DNA of 64,000 bases from Chiloscyllium plagiosum (Eukaryota): the NCBI RefSeq assembly GCF_004010195.1, contig NC_057717.1, forward strand, positions 103,258,522 to 103,322,521, in the 5' to 3' direction. The notes beneath the pieces are model-generated. The model ran no database searches. It saw nothing but the letters and a program-made list of their open reading frames with translations, and was not told where the DNA came from. The position numbers were made by a program, and so were the translations under genes. Each line of letters starts with the position of its first letter. The stretch's first letter is position 1. Below, piece after piece: positions 37,866-53,000 of this stretch.

Positions 37866-38924
37866 GAGCATAATGTCCCTCCTTTAATAGGACCACATCT
37901 TGTCTTCTGCAAAGCTTGGTGTTGTTCTTGTTAACAATGTTGCTGTTGTCTACTTATTCTCAGGGAGTGATGTTAATGTCTTTCACTTCCTTTAAAGGGA
38001 TGGGGCTGATATATTCACCTCCTGTTAAAGGAACAGATTTTCTGTAATATGTCTGCTTGAAAGAGTATTGCCATTGTATTTATATATGCGATCACTGTTA
38101 TGTCTTGTGTTGAGCTTGCCACCTCGATTGATGTCCGTTTTGCTGTGGAGCACGTTTTGCAACACATCAAGCAGCAGATTTTCAGCGTTAGAGTTCCCCA
38201 CTAGGCTCCTTCGTGTCTTTTGCCTTTTGGTTGCTGAGAGACGGTGAGAGAAAGCAGACCGTGAGCTGTAAGCGCAGAGGGTGAAATACAAGGGAAGCAG
38301 AGAAAACCTGACCACGTCTCTCGGCAAATCAGCGGTCCCAAGTTGATGGCCTCACTTACCAACCCCAACCACATCCCTATATTGCTAAACACTGCTTCCA
38401 TTATCAAACATGTGACCACAAGGTTTGTACATCTGTCCCTCATCCTATGGTTAAAAACCTTTTTGCAGGGCTGATTGTCCTTCATTCCAGTATTGTAACA
38501 TTCATAAGGGAGGTTTCTGCATTTAATAAGTGCCTCACCTGATCTCAGGAAATCCCAAAGCACTTCACAGCCAGTGATTAACTTTCAGTTTGTAGGGATT
38601 TTATTAACGGAGGAAAGCTGGTTGTTGTAGCTAGGACAAACAGAAAGTGTAAGGATGACAGATTCATCTGTTTTAATGTTGATTGAGGATAAACATTGGC
38701 CAGGTCCCTACAATGAATTGGCTGGCTCATCTTTGGGGTTGTGACATTGGGTTTAGTGAGTGGAAAAGCTGTTGGGTAAATGTCTCGTCTTAAAAGCAGT
38801 GGCTCTAACAGAGGAGCAACACTCCACTGCGAGGTTCAGCCTCAACGATGAACTTAAACATAGAAGAAAATGTACAGGAGCAGGCTATTCAGCCCTTCAA
38901 GCCCATTCTGCCATTCAGTATGGA

Positions 38925-39270
38925 GGCTTTTAAAATCATGAGAGACATGGATGGGGTAAAGAGACAAAGGTAATTTCCCTGTGTTGGGCGGGTCCAGAAC
39001 TAGAGGGCATAGGTTTAAGGTGAGAGGGAAAAGCTTTAAAAAGGGACCTAAGGGGCAACTTTTTCATCCAGAGGGTGGTACGTGTATGGAATGAGCTGCC
39101 AGAGGAAGTGGTGGGGGCTGGTACAATTACAACATTTAAAAGGCATCTGGATGGATATATGAATAGGAAGGGTTTAGAGGGATATGGACCAAGTGCTGGC
39201 AAAATGGGACTAGATTTGGACGAGTTGGACTGAAGGGTCTGTTTCCTTGCTGTACATCCCTATGACTCTG
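38925..39270 (+). mobile_element. CR1 LINE 3' fragment nested in an older CR1 tail, about 380 bp upstream of exon 2
   Basis: ctagagggcataggtttaaggtgagaggg..tatgactctgtgactc. Confidence 0.88.
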
Positions 39271-39516
39271 TGACTCCAAGTCTGTTCATTCCACTCAGTT
39301 TCCTGTTCCTGCTTTCTCCCCCGTACCCTTTGATCCCTTTAGCCCCAAGAATTATATCTGACCCCTTTTTGAAAGCGTTTAATGCTTTGGCCTCAACCAC
39401 GTTCTGTTGGGAGAGCGTTCCATGGGCCAACCATTGTCAAAGGGAAGAAATCTCTCCTCAGCTAAGGTCTCTGAGAAACCTGAACCCAGAGGTAAGTCCC
39501 AGCAGCCCGTGTGTAG

Positions 39517-39840
<324 letters not shown>

Positions 39841-41359
39841 TAACCCCCAGACAGGACATTCCACATCCCACCTCGACTTATTTTCTCCAGCACGCCTTTT
39901 GCTGTATTGTCTTAAAATCTGTGCCCCGCTAATTCTTCAGCTGAGGAGAATGTCAAATCTCCACTGAACGTTCTCACAGCTCAAGCTCAGACTGTGCAGT
40001 CTTGCCATCCCCTGTGATTGCAGTGCGTCTTCATTGCTATTATTATGGTAATCCCACCCCCGACATCCTCAGTGCCTTGTCACTGGTCAACCAAGCCAGC
40101 AGTCTTGAGAAGGCTTGTGTGCATCCTGCTGGTCTCTGCTTGAACCCAGACCCTTGTAAATCATCCAAAGTTACACTGGGTAACCCTCCCGGGAGCCATA
40201 GCAGACTTCTTAAATCATTGGTATGCTCATATATTAATGTAGGTATTTGAAAGGCAGAGATGAAGTACTTTGTAGGTTAATTAACAGGCAGGAGTCAACG
40301 GAAAGTGTATTATTATTTCATTTCTTCAGGGAATAACATGTGTCTAGAAATGTTGACCCTGGTTGGTTGCCAAATATCATTTAATTATCTCAATAATGTT
40401 GTTGATAATTTCTATATGCAGACAGTGTGGCAATTAAAGTGAAATCTTCCCTTAGTTTAGTAAACAGTCCTCTGTCTAGAGTGTTGTTTTATTTAGGTAT
40501 GATCTAGCTATGATTCAATTGTGCAGGGTCTGCACAGCTCAAGGAGGGAGAAAGTGAGGACTGCAGACGCTGGCGATCAGAGTCGAGAGTGCAGGTGCTG
40601 CAAAAGCACAGCAGCTCAGGTGGCATCCGAGGAGCAGGAGAATCAATGTTTCAGGTGGGAGGGGGAGCCCAGTGTCCCTGTCCACAGTTCTGTCATTTGA
40701 GAAGGAGGTGGGATTTGGGGTATTGGCCGTCTTGCATTTTGTTACCCATCATTAATTGCCCTTGAAGTAAGTGGCTTGCTCGGCAGTTCATTACAGAGGA
40801 AAGCTATGATTTAACCACAAGTTGCTGTGGGTCTGGAGTCATGTGTCGGCCAGACCAGGTAAGGATGGCAGATTTCCTTCACTGAAGAGGTTGGTGTGTA
40901 TCGTCAGTCTGTTACTGGATCTCAGTTAGGTGATCGCTTGACAGATGTTAAAGACAAACAATGGAATCAATCCTTCATCAAGACAACAAAGAAATGTTTC
41001 AGTTGCTAAACATTAAAACGATTCTTGAGATTGAAAAGTCAAAGTTTCCATAGTCCCAGAAAACCATTGATCAAATGTTCAGAAGTGTTATGAGACATCA
41101 CTAGGGCAGGTGGGACTTGAATCTGGGCCTCCTGGCTATGAGGTAGAGACACTATCATTGTCTCTCAAGTGTCCCCCCAGACTGCTCTCATTAGGAGAGA
41201 CGATTGGTGCTGAGATTAGTCTAAAAGTCACAGTAATTACCAGGGCGTGTTAATGCTCATCTGTTCAATGCCACTGCCTACAGATTGCATCAGGAAGGTT
41301 TCTTTTTATAGAGGACTCTCACTCTGTAAGAACCCGTACAAGTAAAGTCTCACTGACTC

Positions 41360-43050
41360 TCACACAGCACAGAAGGAGGCCATTCAGCCCATTGTCTCTG
41401 CATTGGTCAACATCGATCTGACTGCACTGATCCTATTTCAGCACTGCTGGATCCTATGGAATAACTAAATACTGCTTAAACATTACACAGTATTCTGACT
41501 CAATTACTCTTTTCAGGTAACGTGTTCCTGAATCCCACTACCCAATGGGTGAAAAGGTTCTCCTCGAATGTTCTTTTAGGTTTCTACCTCATCTTACCTC
41601 GATGGTCCCTGCTTATTAACCCCTGACTAATGGAAAAAGTGCCTCCCTCTCCTCCCTATTTGTGCCCCTCATGATCTAACTCATCTCTGTTAGGTCCCCC
41701 CACAACCTTCGCTGCTCCAGTGAAAACAACCCTGACCTTTCCAACCTTTCTTCAAATCACAGACCCTCCAGTCCATACAGCATCCTGGTAAATCCCTCTG
41801 CTCCTTCTCCAGTGCCATCACATCCTCCATGTAATCTGATGACAAGAACCACACAGTACTCCAGTTATGGACTAACCAGTGCTTTACACAGTTCCAGCAT
41901 AACTTCCCTACTCTTCTAAGTAATGCCACAGCTAATAAAGGCAAGTGTACCATTTGTTTTCTCAACCATTCTATCTCTCTGCCTTGCTACCTTCAACAAT
42001 CTGTGGAAATGCACAGATTGCCTCTGATCTTCAGTATTTTCCAAGGTCCTACGTTCACAATGTAATCTCTGGTCTTGTTAGCCTTCCACAAGTGTATGAC
42101 CTCACCCTCTTAGAGTTGTATAACACAGAAACAGACCCTTTGGTTCAACTCAACTGTGCAGACCAGACACTCCAATCTGACTTAGTCCCATTTGCCAGCA
42201 TTGAACCCATATCTCTCTAAACCCTTCCTATTCACCCAGATGTTTTTTATATGTTGTTTTCCCTCTCAACTTAAACCTATGCCTTCTAGTTTTTCACCCA
42301 CCCTGGGTAAGACAATTCGCCCTGTTCATACCCCTCATGATTTTATAAACCCCTATAAGGTCACCCCCTCAGCCTGTGACACTCCAGGGAAAATAGCCCC
42401 AACCTATTCAGCCTCTCCCAACAGCTCAACCGAACCCCCAACACCCCCTTCCCTCCTCGCCGGGTGGACTTCCATTTTACTACTGCTCTGACCACTCTTT
42501 TAATATCTTCCTGTAGACAATCACTACCAGGGTATCTGATACCTCATCCTTTACCTTGCTTTACAGCCTGGGATACAACACATCCTGATCTGCAGAGTTT
42601 ATCTGCTGAACCCACTCATACCTTCGCAGTCCTTCACAAATATATATTTGCTCTGTACTCTTTCTGTTTGCACCTTGAATGTCTCCTATCGCTCTGATAG
42701 TTTTATTAACAAGCACCTGCTTCCAGTCTGTTTTAACTAAATTGTATCTTACCTTAGTAGAAGTAACTTTTGCCCGGATTCAAATTTTTATTCCTGGCCC
42801 ATCCTTATCAATAACTGTCCTAATTTTGACTGAGTTAGGCTCAGGATCTCCATTGAAATGCATTCCACCTGCCCAGGGCAATTTCCAACATTGATCCAGA
42901 ACATGACTCCTCCCTTGTTGGGTTTTCTACCTAATGGCAAAAACAGTTCCCCTGAATGCAACTTAAGAAACTTTCCCCTCCTCTACCTTGCACACTAAAG
43001 CCTAAACTTTGCTGTATTGAACCCTCAGTATCTGCCATTATCCGCCTCCT
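41360..43050 (-). mobile_element. Cluster of decayed CR1 fragments
   Basis: An older RT end (41360-42110), a younger 3' end (42110-42430) and an APE-region remnant. Confidence 0.65.
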
Positions 43051-45139
43051 TCTTAATCATAACCATTTTGACCTTTGACATTCAGGATTATCTGGTCTTG
43101 TCCTTTGTTGTACTGTGAGCCCTGTTTAGCTTATCCCTGTCCTATAGTGACTGGGCTTGTTCTGAAATTTACTTCCTTTCTCCTTTCTATCCTATCTCCA
43201 ACCAGTTGGGTTGAATGGCCTCTTTCTGTGCTAGCAATTACACTGAAGATGAGGGAGGACAGAGCAGCTTTCATGATTGTTGGAGCTCCTACACTAGTGT
43301 GGAGGTGGGGGGTAGTTTCGGAGTGGGGTTTTACACACCCTCACCTCTCTCCCGGGAGTGGATTGGGTAGAGGCAGTGATGCCAGTGTAGACAGGTTGGC
43401 AGAGTGCGAAAAGGAGGGGGTGGGGTGCACCTTGCCTGTCACTGACTGACCTCCATTGGGTATTTTAGCGGCCCTGACAGACTGGTTCCTTGAGGAATCC
43501 CAGACTGACATGCAGTCCCGGTAGTGGCCACTTCTCCCAGTGGTGCTGCTGGGACAGGAGAGCTGCCAGCCATCTGATTGACCAGCAGGCGTCACTTCCT
43601 CCCAATTACGGCCAGAAGCCCCACCCTGAAGTAAATTAGCGGTCCTCCAGTTGCAAAGGGGTGACCCGATCACATGGAGGTAGCTGTAGAATTCTCCCAG
43701 ATCTCTTCCAAGTTGCTCCATTTTTGCAAACAATTCCTGAGCCAAGCTTCTCAATCATTTCCAACTCTGTAACGCACTAATTAATCTAATCCCTTCACAG
43801 CTCTGTATAATTTCCCAAGAATAATTACTTTCCCAATCAGTTTAACTGGGCAGACTTACAATGGATCATCTCCTTTCCATTTCTTACATGAATTTGGCTT
43901 CTCAGCTGTGGGATGGGGCCACTTGCTCTGCATAATGTCTGGGCCTTATTGCTATCCAACAATAGACTTCATCATTGGTTGAGGACTAGACCACCACCAG
44001 TGGTATGACTTCAATAGAGTGGTAAGGACGTGGAATGCCCTGCCTGCCAGTGTAGTTAACCCAGCCACATTAGGGAGATTTAAACAATCCTTGGATAAGT
44101 ACATGGATGATGATGAGCTAGTGTAGGGGAATGGGCTTAGATTAGTTCACAGGTCGGCGCAACATCGAGGGCTGAAGGGCCTGTTCTGCGCTGTATTGTT
44201 TTATGTTCTATATTCAAAACGTGGATGCTCAAGGGATTGGAATGAGAGCATTGATATTTTGGAGGGTTGTGGGGCTGGAGGAGGTTGTGGGGACAGGGAT
44301 CTTGTAAATTGGCCACACATTTTAGTATTGTAGTGATGATGTGTCTGGCCAAGCTTTCCTGTCTTTGGGAATTCCACCCTCCTCAGCTTTCTGAATTCGA
44401 CCGGTATCAGTGCTGTGAAGAAGCATGATTTCATGATCATTGCTGGAGGTTATTTTCAGGATACTTGTTCATTGTCAATGATCAGCAAAGAGGGATCTGC
44501 TCTATTTGGGGCCAATTAGTTAACGGACAAGATTTTCATAATACGTTGGTGACATATGTCGCTGTCAGTGAGTGGAATCTGTAATTATGTTGAGATAACA
44601 ATGACAGCTGGCCTGCTGAAACTTAATAGCCAAAAGAAGAAGCAATGCTAATAAGCATCATCAGAGTTACATCCACCTGCAGCACTTGTCTCACGTCAAT
44701 CACAACATTAAATTCAGAATTTCAGCATCATTTTCCGCAATTCACAATGTCAAAGCTTATGAATTCAAATTTCCTTCCGTTAATTCCCATCAGACAGAAT
44801 TCCAATCAGTGAAATTCCAAAGATCAAAATCTCTTCACTTTCCCCCTTTATCCTCCGAAATGTTGACCCTCTGCTCTCTCGGACCCATTGCTTGGTTTCA
44901 TAACGGATCAGCCCTTTCTCACTCACCCCTCAACCTCAGTCAGAATTCAGCGGGAGAATTGGTTCCCATTGTGTTGACTTTTCCCGGATCCCTTCCGACT
45001 GGCTCCATGTTTGCAAACAATTCCTGAGCCAAGCTTCTCAATCACTCCCAACTCTGCAACACTAATTAACTAATCCCTTCACCGCTATATATCATTTTCC
45101 AAAGGGCCTGTTTCCACACTGTGGAGAGTCTAATCTAAC

Positions 45140-45350
45140 ATCTACCCCTGATAAATGTACCAAACCTACACATCCCAGAACACCATGGGCAATTTAGCAT
45201 GACCATTTCACCTAACCTGCATATCTTTGTGGGAGGAAACCCACGCAGACACGGGGCGAATGTGCAAACTCCACACAGACACCTGAGGCTGGAATCGAAC
45301 CAGGTTCCCTGGTGCTGAGAGGCAGCAGTGCTAACCACTGAGCCACCGTA
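45140..45350 (-). mobile_element. HE1 SINE (further minus-strand copies at about 49125-49420, 49945-50240, 54560-54740)
   Basis: ggaatcgaacc..ggcagcagtgctaaccactgagccacc. Confidence 0.85.
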
Positions 45351-46404
45351 CCATGTACCAAAAGTGTGTAGAAGGTGAGAACTATTCAAGCTTCCTTCCT
45401 TTAAATCAATTGTGTAATTTCTCACAATGTCAGATACAGAAAGCTCCTAAACTGATTGTTTCTTCATTAAGATGAGGTATTCATCATCGCGTGAATTTGA
45501 CTTTAAAATGCAACCCTTCACACTGTGCAGTTATAGAAAACATAGAATGTTTATGGTACCAGGAAGCCACTTGGTCCTTTAGGTCTATGCTGGCCTGAAA
45601 CAAGGCTAACCAGCCCTTTCCCACCAGTCAGCTCCTGGTCTATCACTGGCAGTGTTCCAGTTCATGTCCAATGTTATTTAAATGTAATGAGAGCGTCTGC
45701 TTAAACCACCCTTTCAGACAGTGAGTTCCAGACCCTCACCACACTCTGGATGAAAACAAAATCCTCTTTAATTTCCCTCTAAACCTCCAGCAATGATTGT
45801 AAATCTGTTCCCTTGGTTAGCCATTGCTCTGCCAAGGAAGTACTTAATCTATCTGGGCACCTCCTCGTTATAAATACTTTGATTTCATCTTTCCTCTCTC
45901 TCTTCTGTTTCAGGGGAGACAGCCTATCTAATCTTCTCTGACATAAAATTCTGCTTTCTTGGCAATGTCCTTTAGTGCCCTCTCAATTGCAATAACATCT
46001 GAAAAATTCCAGTTCTGATAAGACTCATACTGGACTCAAAACGTTATATCTGCTTTCTCTCTCCACAAATGCTGCCAGGCCTGCTGAGTTTCTCCAGGCA
46101 TTCACTGAGTTTGTTTCAGATTTCCAGCCTCTGTGATAACTTGTTTCCATTTCCAGTTATATTAGAATTTAGAACAATGAGAGGTTATCTTACTGAAACA
46201 TATGAGACGCTTGAGAGGTCTTAACAAGGTGGGTGCTAAAAGGGTATGTTTCCTTGTGGTGAAGAGGAGAGCGAGGGGACATATTTGAAGAATAAGAGGT
46301 CTCCTCTTTAAGATGAAGATTTTTTTGTCTCTCTCAGTCAGTCTATCGAATGCTCTTCACCAGAAAGCAGAGCAGGCTGGGTCATTAAATATATTCATAT
46401 ATGA

Positions 46405-47010
46405 AAAGTCATGGAGTTATAGAGATGTACAGCACAGGAACAGACCCTCTTGTCCAACTCGTCCATGCCAATCAGATATCCTAAATTAATCTCGTCCCAT
46501 TTCCCAACATTTACCCATATCCCTCCAAACCCTTCCTATTCATATACCTATCCAAATGCCTTTTAAATGCTGTAATTGCATCAGCCTTCACCATTTCCTC
46601 TCGCAGCACATTCTATACTCGCACCACCCTCTGTGTGAAAATGTTGCCCTTAAGTTCCTTTTAAATCTTTCCCCTCTCACCTTAAATCTTTGCCCTCTTG
46701 TCCTGAACCCCCACCCCAGGGAAATGATCTTGTCTATTTATCCTACCCATGCCCCTCATGATTTTATAAACCACTACAAGGTCACCCCTCAGCCTCCAAC
46801 GCTCCAAGGAAAGCAGCCCCAGCCTATTCAGCCCCTCCCTATAGCTCAAACTCTCCAACCCTGGCAACATCCTTGTAAATCTTTTCTGAACCCTTTCAGA
46901 TTGCACCACATCCTTCCTCAAGCAGGGGGACCTGAATTGAACATAGTATTGCAAAAGTGCCCTAGCCAATGTTCTGTACAGCCACAACAATGACCTCCCA
47001 ACTCCTGTAC
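46405..47010 (-). mobile_element. CR1 LINE 3' fragment nested in an older plus-strand CR1 (about 46145-47190)
   Basis: LYRTLARALLQYYVQFRSP..ERVQKRFTRMLPGLESLSYRE. Confidence 0.88.
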
Positions 47011-50000
47011 CCAAATTCAAAGTTGAGTTCATTGGATTTATGATGGTCAAGGGAGTCAAATATTAAGGGAGGTGGTGATAGACAAGAAAGTGAAACTGAG
47101 ACCACAATGACATCAGCCATGGTATTATTGAATAATGGAGCAGATCAGAGGGCCAACTGGTCTGTTCCTGCTTCTAAATCTTATGACCATTTGAAGCTGC
47201 TCACTAATCTGCAGCTGGGGGAGGTGATGGTCTGGTGATGTTATTGGTAGACGATTAATCCAGAGATTCGGGGGACCTGGGTTCAAATCCCACCAGGGCA
47301 GATGATGTAATTTGAATTCAATAAAAAAATCTGGTATTACATATCTAATGATGATCATGAAACTGTTGACAATTATTTGGGAAGGAAATCTGCTGTCCTT
47401 ACCTGGTTTGGCCTACATGTGACTCCAGACCCAAAGCAATGTGTTTGATTGTTAACTGCTGTCGGGCAATTAGGGACGGGCTACAAATGTTGGCCTAACT
47501 AGTCCTGTGGATTAATATATTTTTTAAAATGCATTGGTTAAAGCTGATGCTTTAGCACCTGATTTCTTTGCATCCATTTAAGTAATTTCAGTCAATGAAG
47601 CATTGCAATAGTCAGGAACTTCTGACTGTGACCACTTTGACTGTCAAAACATGTTAGCTCATTAACATGCGCGTAAACTGGCCTCAGCTGCTTGCCTGTG
47701 AGATATCCCGTTCCAATTTCCCGTCCTCCCAGTTTATTTACACTGTGCTGCCGAGGTGCTGATATGTCAGTTCAGATCACACATTGGAAAGAGCGTCAGC
47801 TCCTCATTAAAATCGGCAGAAGCATTTTCAATCACAGTCAACCCGCATTGCAGTGCCCCTCCAAAAAAGAGATGGAACTAATGCAAAAACTTTCACCGTG
47901 AACCACTCTTTAAGGAAGGGAGACAAAACATTCGAAGTTCTTACGAGAGGCTTGAGACAGGGCTGGCAGGGCAGCAAAAACCTGCAGTTGATGGGGAATG
48001 GTCAAATGTCATAGAGTCTCGTTTTGGCATGGAAGGAGACCATTTGGCCTGTGTGCTCTGCTGGCCCTCCCTAGTGCAATCAAGTCAATCCCACTTCCCT
48101 GCTCTATCCCCACAGCCCCTGCCAGTTTATTCTCTTCCTGTGCCTGTCCAAGTGCCTTTCAAAATCATCACGGGGGCTACCTTTAGCAAAAGCTGTAAAC
48201 AGGCAGGTTGGCAGTTCAACACAACAATATTGAATTTGCTAAGCCTGAGCACCATTGTCATAGCATAGACCATTGCCAGTTCTACTACAGCTCCAGAGAG
48301 CAGTGTTTGTCAGTGAATAAGACCACTGTTGACCACATGGCATCTTACTACCACGCTGCTGGAATTGTTAGCATCAGGCTGTGAATTTACCCCACACACA
48401 CCATCATTCTGACCTATTACCTCGTCCCACCTCTCCCCGCACACACCGTCATCCTGACTTACCAGCCAACCCCACCTCCCCCAAACTGTCACTCTGACCT
48501 TTCACCCCATCACCCCAAATCCCATCACTCAACCTGTAATTTAGACTTGATGCGAATTTCATCTGTCGGAATGACAGATGAACCACCCGGATTCCGCCAA
48601 CATGTTTTCATCATGAATGTTGTAACTGGTGTGATAATATCCAGATAGTTTGTTTTTTGTTGCGACGTTAGTTAAGGGATAGATATTGACCAGGGCATTG
48701 TGGAGAATCACCCTGCACCTTTTCAAAATGACATGATGGGATCTTTCACATTCACTTTGATCAAGCAAACGAGGTTTTGATTTGAAATCTCCTCTAACAG
48801 TACATCTAACATACATTCATTGGCCCGCAGACGAGGATGACTCAGTTCCACTCTCAGGGTGAGTCTGTACAGACTGATGTGGTTCCACAGACTCTGGTAC
48901 ACTTGGAGCAGAAGGTGGTCATGGGAAGAAGTGGGTGGGGCATTGGTGTGCCAACTTGCTCCTTTTTCCTCGTTTCCACTTATTCCCGATGGCAACTCTT
49001 GAGGTGCTCCACATCTTTGCGGATGGTTCTCCTGCATTTTGCATGGCCTTGGGTCAATGATTTCCATGTGTCTGTGGGAATGCCACACTTTTAACAGTGC
49101 CATGCTTGCTAAGTTAGCAGCCTTGGAATCCCTACAGTGTGGAAGCAGACCATTCAGCCCATTGAGTCCACGCCAGCCCACCCCACCTGTATGCCTGCAT
49201 TTCTCATGGATGCCCAGGCTAATCCAGCTCGCCTGCACACTGGGTGGGCAAACTAGCGTGGCCAAACCACCTAACCTGCACATCTTTGAAGGAAACCCGA
49301 GCACCCAGAGGGAACCCACACAGACATGCAGAGAATGAGATTGTCCACCTGAGGGTGGAATCGAACCTGGGCACTTGGCACTGTGAGGCTGAAGTGCTAA
49401 CCACCAAGCTAACATGCCACCTTGATTCTTATTTGCTAAAGAACTGGGATGGGACTTGAAACCAGGACTGTGTGCTTCAAAGGTGTGCTATGCCTAACTA
49501 CTTGCCACAGATGCATCAAGCAACATTACAATGACAACATAGTTTACAAGCCCAACATGTGTTTCGCTGTTTTTAATAACAATGAATTATCTTATGATGC
49601 TGTTCAGTCAAGCCATTATATGCAGGAGGCTTTACTAATAATCAGTACCTGAGTTTCAAAATAAGTCTCAAACGTAGAGTTACAAGATGCTGAATTAATA
49701 TCACGTAAGGGTCTGATTAATTTTGAGAATACCAGTGATGTAATCACAATTAGTGAGGATTTGTGAATCGTCAATAATATCCTAAAGAAAACACAAAAGA
49801 TCATTTTCAATAATTACGTTGAATTTACAACATAAAAAATGTGATTGGCCCATGACAGAATTCAAGAGGGAATTCAAGGTACATTTCTGTATAATGAGTG
49901 CTGAGGATCTGGAACTGATTTCCACAGGGTTGAGGTGAATTTAAGAGATTAGATACCTTACAGTATGGAAACAGGTCCTTTAGCCCAACCAGTCCACACC

Positions 50001-53000
50001 GACCCTCCAAAGTGTAACCCACCAACCTATATTTACCCCTGACTAATGCATCTAACACTATAGGCAATTTAGCATTGCCAAGTTATCTGATCTACACATC
50101 TTTTGCATGGTGGGAGGAAACCCACGTAGACACGGGGAGACTGTGCACACTCCACAAAGACAGTCACCCTAGGTAGGAATCGAACCTGGGTCCCTGGCAC
50201 TGTGAGGCAGCAGTATTAACCACTGAGCCACCGTGCCACCCAGAGGAAGCTGGATAAACAAGACAAGGGTGAAAGAAACCAGTAGATACAGAGACAGGAT
50301 ACAACAAGGTGGGAAGGTTCAAGTGTAGCCTCTTTCTGCACTTTGTTTTTATTTTGTCATGGGATGTGGATGTCACTGGTGAGAATTAATTATATTAACA
50401 TCAGGCGGTTAAGAGTCAACCATATTGTTGTAGGTCTGGAGTCACATGCAGTCCAGGCTGAGTAAGGACAGCAGATTTCCTTCTTTAAAGGACATTAATG
50501 AGCCAGAGGGTTTTTCTTTTAACTGACATCAGCAATGGTTACACAGTCATCATTAAGGTGGTTGTTTTGCTCCACATATATTTTTGAGAATTAAAATTTC
50601 ACCATCTGCCATGGTGGGGTTTGAACCCATGTCCCTAGAACTTTGTTTTAAAGTTCCAGGTCACTAGATTACTATACATCACAGCCTACCCCAGAGTTCA
50701 AGATAACGCTACCTAATCTGCCTTGTTAGATGATGTGGTTTTACGTTTTAGAAAATTACGTTCTACCTTTGTATCATCTGTAACAATAATGTGACGGTAA
50801 TGACCTGAGATGTGCTGCCTATGGAGCAGAGGGTGAATCGAAGTGGAAAAGATGAATGATTTCAAAAGAAAATTGGATACACATTTCTTGACAGATGTAT
50901 GATAGACAACGAATAGAGGGATACAGATTCTATAGAGGCAAAAGATTTGTAGTTTGGAATGGCATCATGTGTAGGTGCAGTCTTTGTGGGCCGAAGGGCC
51001 TGTTCCTATGCAGTACTGTTCTTTGTTTATTCCTTGACATTTGAAGGAAATAACCATGCAGGAACTAGGGGGATAGAGCAGAGAAATGAGATTGAGTGAT
51101 TGCTCTACAAAGAGCTGGCATGAACATGGTGGGCCGAATGGCAGCCCCAATGAGCTGTTATAACACAATAATCAATCCTCATTACTCTTAATAGTTTGAA
51201 TAGTAAAAATAAGTTCCTTTCTCTCAATGGTTTGCCTTAACAAAATGTGAGTTCCCCTACAGACAAGGCAAAAATATGTTTATATTTTCTGAAATACGGT
51301 GGCCATTAACAGCGACTGTTTCTATATGAGCAAACCATTGAAGATCAATGGGCATCAACATGAAAGACCAGTTAGTTGGAATTATTGTTCCAGTGCCTTT
51401 TTCTTTGGCAGCAGACTGAACAATTATCCTAATGAGAATTCCACATTGCACTGTTGGAATAATTATTGGACCCTCAAGACTCATATGTTAAGAACCTGGC
51501 ATTAGAATGCCCCAAAATTCACGGCTAACTCAGAATTCTGCTCGGCAAACTTCGCATAACCAGTGTGGAAATGATGCCCTGCAGTCTCCACAGTTTGTAT
51601 TTTAGTAATAGCTGAGAATGGATTATCTTTCCCTCTTGTATTCGAGAATAAAAAGCAGTCTGTCCATGTTGGCAAATGTTGCGCAAAGACACTTTAACCT
51701 AGACAGCTCAACATGATAGAAACAGTCTGATTAATACAGATAGATCTTTCCTGGATTCCTTGTTTAAACTCAATACATCTCCCCAGCTGAGCACATTACA
51801 ACAGTCCTGCTTTTTTCAGATTCACATGCACTTTGGTCCTTTCAACTAGTGCAGTCTTAAAGAGATGGACAAAATTATTGGAAACCTTGTTTTTTGGTGT
51901 TATGTCGTGGATGTGATTTCTGTTTGAAAAATAATTAGCATTCAACTTTTTATCTATAACAGGACAGAAATATTTTGGTGCTTGGAGTAGATACATCAAT
52001 GAATTAAAAGAAATTTGGACAGGCACTTTTTCTTTAGTTGTTTATTGGATGTTTGTAGCACTGGCTGACCTAATTGCTTTCCTGTCCTAATTGCCCTGGA
52101 GAATATGGTGGTGAGTTGCCTTCTTGAACCACTGCAGTCCATTTGGTGTAGGGCCACCCACAATGCTGTTAGTGAGGGAGTTCCAGGATTTGGACCTAGC
52201 AACACTGAAGGAACAGAGATATGTTTCCAAGTCAGGATGGTGAGTGGCTTGAATTGGAACTTGCAGGTGGTGGTGTTCCCATATAACTGCTGCCCTTGAC
52301 CTTTAATATAGTAGAGAACAAGGGTATGCAAGCTGTCTGAGGAGCCTTGGTGAGTTTGTGCAGTACATCTTCAAGATGGTACACACTGCTGCTATGGAGC
52401 ACCAATGGTGGAATGAATGAATGATTGTGGATGTGAATATCAGTGAAGTGAGCTGATTCGTCCTGGATGGTGTCAAGCTTCTTGAGTGTTGTTGGAGCTG
52501 CAGAGTGGGGAGTATTCCATCATGCTCCTGACTTGTGCCATGTTGATGATGGACAGGCTTTGGGGAGTCAGGAGATGAGTTACTCCCTGCAGAATCCATT
52601 GCCTGTAACCAGTTCTTATAGCTACAATGTATATATGGTTAGCTCAGTTTCAGGTCACCAGGATATTGATAGTGGGGGATTCAGTGATAGTAACACCAGT
52701 GAATATTAAGGGGGCGCGATGATTAGATTTTCTCTTATTGGAGATGGTCATGGTCTGGCACGTGTGGCGTGAATGTTACTCAAAGAAACAAACTTGGAAG
52801 TTTCCAGGTATAGGGCAGTGGGGCTTATTGGATCGTACTGTGTACAGCCAGCTGAGACTTAATGGGTGAAATGACCTCTTTCTTCATGAAGTGCCTTTAA
52901 CATAGTGTAACATCCCATGGTATTTCAGGAGAATTGCTCTCCTTAACTTCAAGCAGTTCATGTGAACTTTTATATCAATTGAGAAATTATACAGGACTTG

